64,000 bases of DNA from Felis catus (Eukaryota). Position numbers and translations under genes: made by a program. Shown in pieces: positions 12,801 through 24,800 of the stretch. The stretch is from assembly GCF_018350175.1 (NCBI RefSeq), contig NC_058368.1, forward strand, positions 227,354,001-227,418,000, read 5' to 3'. The notes beneath the pieces were generated by a model. That model had not been told where the DNA came from. It searched no databases and worked only from the letters and a program-made list of their open reading frames with translations. Position 1 is the stretch's first letter. Each line of letters begins with the position of its first letter.

Positions 12801-15800
12801 CCTAAAAGCCCCACGGACACACGGTAACCACAGGCGGTGGTGCCATGAACAAACCAGGACACATGACTGTCGCTGGACACAGGGGGGCGGTCAGAGGCGG
12901 TCGGGGCGCGTCAGAAAGACCAAGGAGCAGGGTAAACGGACACAGACTCGTCACCGGCTCTGCTCACGTGTCCACAACCGCAAGCCCACGCCATCTCTCA
13001 CACAAAAACTTCAGACCAGGCTGTAATGGCAAGCGGGGTTTCGCTTAGAATGACAGGATACATGTCATCCTGACGTATCAGGAAGATGCATGAGAAACGA
13101 CTTTCGTACCAACACTCCTGTAAGACTGTCTTGTTCTGCAGCAACAGACCTCTTAAATATCACGCGATCTGCTTCTCTCAAGCAAGCGTGCTCGCACATT
13201 CGGATTTTACAGTCAACAGGTGACTTATCACCGTTATACGAGCAGTGTGTGGAGACAGACAAACCCCCCTCCGAGGAGAGGTGGCCCAGGCACCGCCCCC
13301 CGGCCACCAGGCCAGGCCACACCTGGTCACACCCCACCTTCTTCCAGGCACGGGGCGCCACCCCTCGCTCCCGCAAAGAGGCTCCCGCCGGAGCGGACTT
13401 TCCGAGGGAAGACCGGTGGAGGGGCCGGAATGAGAGCTGGAATGGAACGGCCTCCGCGGGTTGTGCCCTTTGAGGCCAGGTGACCCCGCGTGCACCTAAT
13501 CTCTAGCTCGGCTGCCACCCGGCTTCCTCTAAGTCGTCTTCATTCCAGGCAAATACCCCAGCTGCCCCAACAGTTCCTGAACGGGAGCAGTCAGCTCGGT
13601 CACACTCGCACCGGTACTGGGGACACAGGCCCAGAGCTGTACCGCCCTCGACACAGGGTCTGACCAGCCCGGTCCCAGACAGGACTGTGGTTCAGCAGTG
13701 GTCCTTGAGGACACAGCTTCATTCTCACTGCCGGCCACACATCACGGCGGGGGGGGGGGGGGGGGGGGGGGGGGGGGTCCGGCCGATCTTGCGATCGATT
13801 CATCCTCACGTCCCTCCCAAGCTGCCGTTAAGGCAGATCTCCCACAGCGAGCCCTCTTGGGTTTTGTTTAGTGGTCTGTTGCCGCTGCTGTTGTCGTTTA
13901 AGCACGGGACTTCTGAATTTCTTCCAACTAATGCCTCATGACCAGTTCTGCCCAATCATTCCTGCCCACCACACTCTTTTTGGGTCATTCTAGCATCCAA
14001 CCTATCACGTGACTCCATCTGCTGTGTGTTGTAGGCACAAGCCACGACGACACGACATTCTGGGGTGTCACTACCACGCTGCAGATTTAAACCAAAGACG
14101 GCCAGGCACTGGACGCATCCCCCGACCCTCGCCTCCCAGGAAGCCTCTCGACGGCCACCTGCGGCACCGATCCTCTTAACGCCGCAGAAGGTGCCGATTT
14201 CTCGCACTGAAGCTAGAACCACAGAAACCTGCCTTCTAAAACCCCAGCGGGTTCTGAGATGGTGCCACATACAGCCCGCCTCCTACCGACACCAACGTCG
14301 AGTCGAACTGCCCGTACGTAGTTTTTACAAACTATAAACACCAGCTCTCTTAATTCATTCTCAATTCTCAATTAATCCTTCGTTCTTTACTTGAATTGTT
14401 CAAATAAACGTGATGGCTCTTCTCTCCTGGGAAAAAGCAACGGTTCTTGGTCCTTCTAGCATGCAAAGTCATCCTGGCCACACGAGAACGGAGAAACCCA
14501 CACGCCGACGTCACGCCGCGGACAGCACCGGCAAGGAGCCCAGGCCGAGGCGCGAGCTCTTTCTCACGAAAACGATGGAAACATTGCGGACTCAAACCTG
14601 CAGCAGCAGCGTACCAGCGTGAGCTCCGGGTCCTGCAGCCAGGACGGCAGCGCCGCCGGCTGGCTCATCGCCTGGAACAGCGTGGCCCTCAGCGCACAGT
14701 AATTGTCTCCACGGACTCGCCGTATAGAGGTGAACTTCTGCGACACCTCCTCGTAGCCCTGGGTGGAAGCATCAAAGAATTCAAAGTGGGCATTATTGAC
14801 TTCGGAGGGTAGGGAAAGTTTTATTCCTGTGGGGAAAAACGTGCCCCCCACCCCCGCCCCATCGCTGGAAGAACGAGAACAGGCTGGCAGAGGCCTCCTC
14901 GAACTTTTCCCATTCCGGTTTTTATTAATCCGAAGAAATTAACAGATGCTAGTACTGTACAAAACATCAGCATATGTAACAGATCCAACACACGAGAACA
15001 TATAAATAATATACCAGATATTATGAAAACACTTCCAGCCCCTAGAGCTGGAGTTAGACGTCCCTTTTCTACACGACTGTTGTTGACACTTACTTATCGA
15101 TAACCAACTTCTGAGGGGTTTAAGCTGTGTTGAAAGGGACCCTAGCTCTAAAGAAGAGATAGGAAATATAGAGATATATTCCTATATTTCCTATAGAGAG
15201 ATATATTTCCTATAGAGAAATATAGAGAGAAACGTACTAAGTTTCCACCTCCATATTTTAAAAAAGTAAAAAAAATCCCTTGGGGCGCCTGGGTGGCTCT
15301 GTCGGTTAAGTGTCCAACTCGCTTTCAGCTCGGGTCATGATCTTGCGTTATGAGACCGAGCCCCGTGTCAGGCTCTGTGCTGGGCGTGGCGCCTGCTTAA
15401 GATTCTCTCTCTCACTCTCCCTCTGTCCCCCTCGCACACATGCATGCTCTCTCTCTCAAAAAAAAATAAAATAAAAAATAATAATAATAATAATCCCAAG
15501 CTTCCATGGTATACTTAAAAAAAGTCCACATGCTAGAAGATATCTGGATAATTCCATTAGACTCTTTAAAAAGTGGATTCAAGTGTCATTCTTATTCAGT
15601 CTGGAAGTGAAACAAGGAAATGAAAATGATGAGTGACATATGTGTTCAGTCACTCAAACACAGCCGTCCAAATGGACCATTTTAAAGCCTACTCCAAAAG
15701 CAGCCCCCATAAAATGGTCCACAGGCACCGGGCCAAGCTGCTCCTGAGGCTCGAGTGTCAGGATCCACTTTGCTGCCTCCTGCACTTCTCTGGCCTTGTC

Positions 15801-18800
15801 CTGTGGGCCCTGCTGCCCATCTCACTCGTCCTTGACTGTTGTCACCTGAAGCTCTGCTTCCTCCCCTGCACTTACACAAAGGAGCATCGCCCTTAACGTG
15901 GGGTGGACACCATGCAGACTGCGCCCAAGTACGGGACCCTCGTTATTAGTTTTCAAGGGGCAAGTCACAGGATGATGTTCTAAGTGGGTGTGAAATGATT
16001 TCTTTCCACCAATAAAATTTTGAGAGTTGCGTTTTCATTTAGTGGTCCAATCACTGCAACACAGTAAGGGCCCACCGAGCACCTCTTCCCTTCGGTGGAC
16101 TCCCAGCTATCCCGGGAATACTCGCGATGGCTGACTCAGCGGTAACTGCATATTTCCAAATGCACCAATTACTCGTGCTATTTCAGAGGTGACTCAAACT
16201 TCTAAAACTAAATTTGGATTTATACACACTTACTTCCAAAAGAATACCCAAAACAAAAATAAACCGTAAGATAAATAAGGGCAAAAAAAAAGAACCGAGA
16301 CACCCAACTGTTACCAGGCCCCTGAGATGCTCTAATTACTGCCACGGGTCCCAGAGTGACACTTTTCTAACTGATGTGCCTTTGGTTATTTGGTCACTGA
16401 AAGAGTCCAACTACGTGGTCAAATCTTTCTCTAGAACTAAAATCACAAAGAAACGATTTTAGCATGAGTTGCAAAATATGGAATATGTGGATACCCTTAA
16501 TAGATACGTTCAATTATGGACCCAGAGGTGCCAACTGTTAGAACAGATCCTTTAAAGAGTCTGAGGTCATGAAATAAAATTGCAAGTCAAGGAAAGCATT
16601 TCTGGGGAAGATGAGAAGACATATGTTAGGTATCCAGCCTCCTGGTTGTCTAGTTTGATATGGGGCTGTTTGGAAAACCTCTAAGCGGACAATACACGTA
16701 TTCGGCAGATGGCCTCACAAATTTAAATGTTCATGGTCCCAGATATTTCATGAGTGAGCTCTCCACCAAGTGCCTGAGACGTGAGGAGTCTACAGTTCAG
16801 ACTCGCAGGGAGCAGAGCTAAATTTGGCTCTCAGAGCTTTAAAAGTAGCAGCTACATTCTGAGTAAGGTCAGCCCATTGCAGGCCAAGCATGAGCAGCTG
16901 AGGTGCGTGTAGAAGAGGCACAATCGTTTCTATACAAACAAGCTCAGGGGTGCCTGGGTGGCTCAGTCGGTTGGATGTCTGACTCTTGGTTTCGGCTCAG
17001 GTCATGATCCCGAGGTCATGGCATCGGGCACAGTGCCGGGCTCCACAGTGAGCATGGAGCCTCGTTAAGACTCTCTCTCTCTCCCTCTGCCCCTCTCCCC
17101 CACTCGCACTCTCTAAAATAAAAAATAAATAAAAACAAGATGTAAAGAAAAGAACAGATGTATACAAATATTTTTAAATTTTAAACCCTAAAAAACACAG
17201 ATCTAAACAACAACAAAAATAGACACTCCTATCAAATACGACAGGTCAATATCTCTAGTACAAAAGTACATTCAAAGTCATAATGTAAATAATCCCAAGA
17301 GAAAAATGACCAAATGATAAACCCAGAGGTTATAAGAAGGGATGAAGTTTTAGGTTGAAACTGCTTTAGCTCAGAAACGGTCAGAGTAGCAATTCCACAT
17401 CGTTCAACACACTAAGGAATATTGGACTCAGGGTCCATTTGAGGGGAGAACCAACAGGGTGCTGTGGTCGGCCAGTACGCACTGCGGCGGGCCAAGGGTC
17501 CAACTGAACAGTAACCCAGCCAGTCACAGCAGGACCACGTCATGGGCATCCCCAATGTCTCACAGCCTCAGACACTACCTAGGGGGTATCAATCTATGCA
17601 AAGGGACAAGGAGGGGCAGCTCCAGGGACACCCTAAATAAAGGGAGCAGTTCCAGATCCCTTTGCATAAGGAGTGCAGGAGAGCCCAAGCCCCTCAGACA
17701 GGAAGGCATGAAACCAAACCCAGGTGGGGACAGCAGGAGGCATGGCATCTGCTGGCCCCTCCCTACGGCTTTTACCACAACAAGCCAGAAGGACCTGGCC
17801 CCGAATGACCAAATGACCCCAAGAGGACACCCAAGGACTGACCCTACTCTGAGCAGCACAAATCTACATCTAACAGATATGTTTTTCCAAGAAACTAAGT
17901 TACTGAATAACTGATACTGACTCTGTATTAATACTATGATTCAAAATAAGTCCCTTACCTTTGGAGTCCGTTTCCTCATCTCTAAAATTAGAATAGCGAT
18001 ATTTACAACGTCTAATAGCAGTTGTTGTAACTATGTCTAAAAATATAAAAGGACATACTACGTAATTACTTATGACAGACTATTTGAAAGGCCTGAACTG
18101 TGTGCATGTAGGCACTGTACCTTTTTCATACATGTGGCTTTTTGTGTATTTCCCCTCCATTCTTTTTTGCAGTAGTCCATGATGTCCATTTCAGGAGCTA
18201 CACTTAATCTGGCTTCTGTTGAAGAATCAAAAACAGGGGTGGGTAATGAAACAAAGCACAATCAAAACGACAGACGGCTTTACTCAGAGGTTACTTCTTC
18301 TCTCACTTCATTCCAAAAAGACCCAGAATCCCCCCAACCTCCCATCATCACCTCACTCCTGGATAACCTGGAGGTGTTCCAGTGGGCCTCCCTCGTCACC
18401 ATACCTCACTCTCCACACAGCAGCCAGACACTTCAAACTTGAGTCAGACAACAGCCATCACCCCCGGGTTCTGAGAGCTCCAGAACCCCGAGTGGAATGG
18501 ATGTCCTTACTTCCTACCAAGGCCCTTAGGTCCCACCCCCCCCCCCCCCCGCCCCACCGTGGCGTCTCTGGCCCCTGCTCCCACCCCACCTGCGGCCTCG
18601 CCTGTACTTCTCCGACACACCTGTGGGCCTCCGTCACTCCCTACCTACCGGTCTCTGCTCAGATGTCACCTAACACCCCTAGGTCCCAACGCCCCCCGCA
18701 CACCTTCACTCTATTCCCCTTCCGCTGTTTTGTTCTTCTTCTTGGAACTGATTACCACCTGACGTATTTCTTTTTCTGCATTCCTCCCCTAAACCCCCAC

Positions 18801-21800
18801 ACATACCCGCACCCACAGACACAATAAGGCATAATTCCTCGACGGCAAGGGCTTATTTTGTGTCTCAGCTGTGATCTTAGCACCTGGCATTGCACTGCCA
18901 CAGGGTGTCCTAGAATACTGTTCTAATCAAATTAAATGTGCACGTCTCAGCCGTGAAAAAATACATCTACTGGTTTTTAATTAGTTTTTAGATCCATTAT
19001 ACAAAGAGATAACAGCTACTTTAACAAAAACTGTATCTGTCTTTATTTATTTATACTCTGCCTGATCCCAAAAGGCTGTAAAGCTGCTGACAATAAGCCA
19101 GAAGCTAACGGAGCTCTCAATGTTAGCTGAACCACGGACCTCATTTGACTCGAACGATACGTTAAAAATACGACTTGCAATCAGACAAATTATATAATAA
19201 AAAATGGCTTTTAGATTTGCCTTATTTAAAATATAAGGTATGGGTTTGATTTGTGGTATACATGTATGCACGCGCATGGGTGTGTGTGTTTTAGGAAGAA
19301 AGTGAAGGAAATTCTCAGGCACATCTCGATCTCCTTTTTAAATTATTGAAGAAGTAAACGTCAGCGAGGAAATTAGGATACAAACACAGAAGTACCTTAC
19401 AAGGTATTTACTCCTGAGGAAGGAGTAAATTAAAAACACACTCAGCCCAATTCAACAAACATTTACTGAATGTCTAACATGTGCCAAGCACTGAGCTGGA
19501 AACCGGGGTCACGAAGGCCGTTAAGACCCGGACTCTGTCCTGAATGGGTCTGTAGACGGAAGAAGAAAAGACCACAGGCATTCACAATCCAGGGTGTGAT
19601 GGGTAGAGGCATGAGTAAGGAACACAAAGTCCTTTCTGCAGATAACATACATACAATTCTCTGTGACCTAAGTCAGGACCCGCTTAAACGTAAACACACC
19701 TTGAAGCATAACACACAGACACCACAGTTCTCGATGCTGCACAGCCAATCCTCAAATGCAGACCCATCGGTGCTTAACTTCAAAAACCATTTTTTGAGCG
19801 TCTACGCAGTGGAGGGAAGAGTTCCTCGTATCTGCCTTCTCACTCACCTCCCCACAACGCACAAGGAACTGCAAACATCCAGAGTTGAGGACACTGACTG
19901 GGCCACGATTTTCCACCAGGCAGTGTTGTGAGCCTGTCCGGACAGCACACGTCCAGCTCAGGAAGGACATCGTGGGAACAAAGTCCAGCCTTCCTGCTCT
20001 CCCAGCCCGCGTTCCTCATTCCTGCCCACACCAGTGAAAGCCCTGGGCCCTGGGCAGGGTGGGCCTGGTCACCGGCCCAAAACCAAGAGGAGGAGGAGGA
20101 GACCTCACGAGATCGAGAGGACAAGTCACAGGCCACAACCCTGTGCTGAACAAGAGGCCTGCGGGAGGTAATGAGGGTTGGAAAAGGGAGGACCCACACG
20201 GCTACTAGCATCAAAATGACACTCTAAGTCCCGTCCTGCAGCTGTTCTTGGGAGGAAGGCTCCAACAACCTCCGCACGCCCTCCTCTAGGACAGGAGCTA
20301 GAGGCACAGGACAGGCAGTGCCTGACCTTGATCAAGCAGCTTTCTTTCTTTCTTTAACTGCAAACTACAGACTCCGTTACTATTTCCAAGAACGAACATT
20401 GTTTTTTAAACGTTTGTTCATTTCTGAGAGAGAGCACGCACCAGCGGAGAAGAGGCAGAGATGGACGGAGGATCCAAAGCAGGTTCCATGCTGACAGCAC
20501 AGAGCCTGATGTGGGGCTGGAACTCCCAAACCGTGTGATCGTGACCTAAGCCGAAGTCTAAGACGCTTAACCAAATGAGCCACCCAGGAGCCCCAAGAAC
20601 ATTTCAAATGGCAAAAAAAAAAAAATCCAAAGGAGAAACTGAAAACTAGGTGATAACCAGGAGCTCAAATAACCAAGAGGTCTGGTCCTAACCCCCATAC
20701 GGTAACAAAGACAAGGAGTCAGAACCTGGAAAGATGGGCACTTAAAACTGAACTTCAGAAAGCTGGGACTCTCAGTCAAAGGACAGGCTAGGGCAAGAAC
20801 CACACTTTTTCTGTAATGGGCTAGAAAATAAATAACATAGGCTCTGAGAGCCGTAAGGTTTCTGACACAATTACTCAACTTTACCATGTGTGAAAGCCAT
20901 CCCAGACAATATGTAGACTAAGAAATTCCAATAAAACTTTATCAAACTAGGTGGCACATCAGATTTGGCAGGGAGCCAATAGTTTGCCAGCCCCTGGGCC
21001 CTTTTGTTAATGAAAGGTGTTTTCACTAATAAAGAGAGAGCAAAAGAAAACTTTCTGCATTCGTCCGGGCTCTGGCTTGGGAAAGAGGAAGTCTCCCAGA
21101 GAATTCATAATCGCAGGCTGGCTCTCATACAGGGACAGGGCAGGAATTCAGATTAGCCCCAAGACCCTGGAAATTCAAGCTTAGAAATTAACATAATGTG
21201 GCCCAAGGTTGGTGGCACCCCGGGTGCCTAGCGGGAACAAGGCCAAACTCTCTCACGCTCGAGGCAGGGTGCACGAGCCCTATACAGAAATGCAAAATCT
21301 GAGCTTGCAATTCAAACTTCGAAGAAACAAGAAACAAGCAAAACTAACACATGGCATAATTAGACCTGCTAAGATTTTCAGGGAATGAACTGTTCAGATC
21401 CAGAAGACTATGTTTTAAATGCTTAAAGAAATAAAAGGAGTAAGAAACATAAGCAAAGGGCAAAAAACTATCAAAAAGAGACCAGGCAAACCTGAAGGGA
21501 AGACAGAACTTTTTAAAAAAGAAACATTTTATTTTTAAATCTCTACACCTAATGTGGGGCTCGAACTTACATCCACAAGATCAACAGTTGCACGCTCTAC
21601 TGACTGGGCGAGCCAGGCGCCCCCAGAACTTTTCCAAAAAAGAAAGAAAAGAGATCCAAAGAAATAGTACAGGATGGAACAGGGGCTACAAGAAAAAAAT
21701 CTACGAAAGGGCACGTCATGAAGAGCCTTGGATGACTGAAGGAGGCCAGCACACACCTACTTAGAGTTCTGGAAGGAGTGAGCAGAGAGAATGAGAAGAA

Positions 21801-24800
21801 GACAATATTCAAGAAGATAATGGCTGAGAATTCTCCCAAACTGATGCAAACTAGGCATCTAGGGATTCAAAAGGAAGAAAACCTCAAGCAGTACGTTTTT
21901 AAAAGTCCACCCTTCACAGACATCAGAAAGAAACTGCAGAAAAACACGACACATTATCTACCAAGGGTTGGTGTGACCGCAGTACTGCCACTCCCCAGAA
22001 ACGACAAGACAACGGGATAGTCCTCAAAAAGGTCACAGAAAACACCTGCCCGTCTGGAGTTATTCAACAACAAAGTGAAATAGAGAAGTTTTCCAGCAAA
22101 CAGAGCATCCTGCCAACAGACCCTTCAAGAGGCACTTCCCAAGGATCTTCTTTCGGGAAGGGCAACGAACCCAGAAGGACTGAGATGCAGGAAGGAGTGT
22201 AAAGGGATCCACTCCGGCCTCGGACTAAAGCTGGAAATGACACAGCTCACTGAAAAGCTAAAACACCCGCAGCATGTGGAGGGCGACGCTGGCGGGCAGA
22301 GTCGAATCGCCGCAAAGCCAGCCAGCGGGCCCCGCAAATGCAGCAGGGACACCCAATGACGAAGGAACCGCTTGCTCCCCAGGAATACGACTGACCAGGA
22401 AGGCCTCTGCGTCCAAAGTGAATCGTGTGCAGTGGCAGCAGCAGAAACAGAGCACCCGCGGAAACTTCACGGAGGACGGAGCAGCGTGGCCGAGGAACGC
22501 CCCTGACTGGACGCCTACGGAGAACGTCTTCGAGGGCTAGCACGGTAAAGAGGTCCACCAACCCCTTGTGAGGACAACTCAAGGAAGCCTTGAACACGAT
22601 CAAAAACCCCGCTTTGTATCATTTGTTCCTAATCACGCACACGACAATTATTTTTGTGAACCATAAAGTACACAGCAGTTGGTTCTCCAAACCGACCGGC
22701 AGCACACTCGCATGACACAGGCCATGAGAGAGACGGTGGCGCTGGTGGATCGTTTACGGAGCATCCCCCGAGTGGAGCACCCCCACTCGGCCCCAGCGGG
22801 GACCAGCCAGGGAAGGCCCTGCCGGCCACGCGCCCGGCGGAGGAGGCCGGGGGAGGCCGGGGGCAAGGCCTCACCCTAGCGGCAACGGGCCCGTGGGTTC
22901 TGGGCGCGGTGAGAAGAGCAGGCATGACTGAGCAGAAACACGGACAAAAAGCCACGAAACAATCAGAGGATTCGGGCTACTGATCCCGTGATCGTTCTTT
23001 CTCACAAGCCAGTGGCACCCACGTGGCCACCTGCATGCCAAGACGCATGGAGCCAGCTTCTCAAGAAGTCCTTCCGCTGGAAAGGAAACGTGCATTTCAA
23101 ATCCAAACTCTCCCTCTAAGAATATGAGGGAACTCATGAACTGAGGGAGGTGGCGTCACGAGATTAAGCAAATCCGCACGCTGCGAAAACGATACGAATG
23201 TAGAGAACGCAGGGAGAATATTGGCATGAAATTTTTAAAACCTCAGGAACCGGTACTCCCCAAACATACCTCAGCAAAATGGATAACGAGACGCAGCTAA
23301 GGCCATACGCAGAAGAATGTTTCCTAGGAAGCAGGTCTCAGTATTTTATGGAAACGGATACAGAGATTTAACTGCATTTTCTACTATAAATAGTAAGAAG
23401 TCTATGAATAAAACAATTCCAAACATACCTGATAACCCTCTTTCATGTATAAGTAATTCTTTCTCCTTTTCTATTTCATCCGCGTCACGATACATGTCCT
23501 CCTCACTGAAATCACACCAAATTAGACATTTCAAAAATTTGTTGCACTGGCATTTTCCCTCTTATTACAGTATGCGCTTGCTTAAAAAATCTGTAAGACA
23601 CGAAAAGTTTAACTTTTTCCTGTTACGTGATGATGACTGAGAAAGTATGGCTCTCAAATCCTGGTTGCACATGTTGCTATCACTCCACAGTTTCTTATGT
23701 CACAAGCAAATTTTACAAACACTACTTTAAAAACAAGGACAGGAAAACATCAGTTATTACACGTCCTCAACGCTAAAAGCCCTCCCAAGGCTCCTCCTGC
23801 TCCCTGACCCCCACGCTCACGCTGCCACCCACGTCCTGTGGCGCGTATCCCTACTGTCCCACGTACTTGAACCGCTGCCAATCTGACTGACTCGGGACTT
23901 ACACGACAGGTTCCTGAAGAGTCTCCAGTCTCATCTAGTGACTGAACGAGAACCTACTATGTACCAGAGAAGGAAGAGAACCCCACGGGTGCTGGACGAG
24001 GATTGAAAAAGGGTGTCTCCTTTGCCCCGCGAGATAAACCACAACCTGACAATGATGAGAAACAGAAATACCAGCTCTATCTTGGCTCAAACCACAAGAC
24101 ACGTGAAAGCCCCCACAGTCCCAAGGTGGACCAAGAGTAAGCGACAAGAGGACAGGACAGCCTCCATGCCGGTGGATGGTACGACCAGTAAACCCGCAGA
24201 ACCCCAGAAAGGCTCAGGGACCAGAGGTGCCAAGTACTTCTCAGGGTGCAGGAGACACCCAGAGCTGAAAACAAGGAAACTGGCTGGTGTACACGTAGGG
24301 TGAAATCAGACCCCTAATTCCCTGCAGTCCCTCCCCGTGACAGCACAGCCCCAGTCCTCACGCCAGACAGAGGCTCCAGGTGCCGATGAATCACAGGAAG
24401 GGGTTAATAAGGTTAATGACAAATAAGGAATTAAGCGACCGACCCGAGAAACTCCCATCCCCGGTGACCGCGACACCCCAGCTCCCAGCGCATGGCCCAG
24501 CACGGCAGGGGAAAGAGGAAGGAAGAGGTGAGCGGGAGCAAGAGACGGAAGGGGTACTGAGAGAAGCAGACCGAAGTGGGGAATCTAACAAACCCACCTT
24601 CCCCCACGTCACTGAAACCCTACGATGGCTCCCAATAAGCAGGCAGGTCTACACGTGGGCCTAACCCGCCGCTCTAGCCTGCAGGCCGCGATTCCTCTCC
24701 GCACAGCCACGCTTCAGTCCAAACACCGGCCCAACACCAGCCTCTGCTTTTACACCTGTGACTGGCTCCATCCGCTCCCTCTGCTTGCACGGCTCAATGC

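Noticed and set aside
18219-18827. 202-aa plus-strand ORF (longest in the track)
   Set aside because: Low-complexity, Pro-rich translation of a C-rich intronic stretch, with no recognisable domain or splice support.
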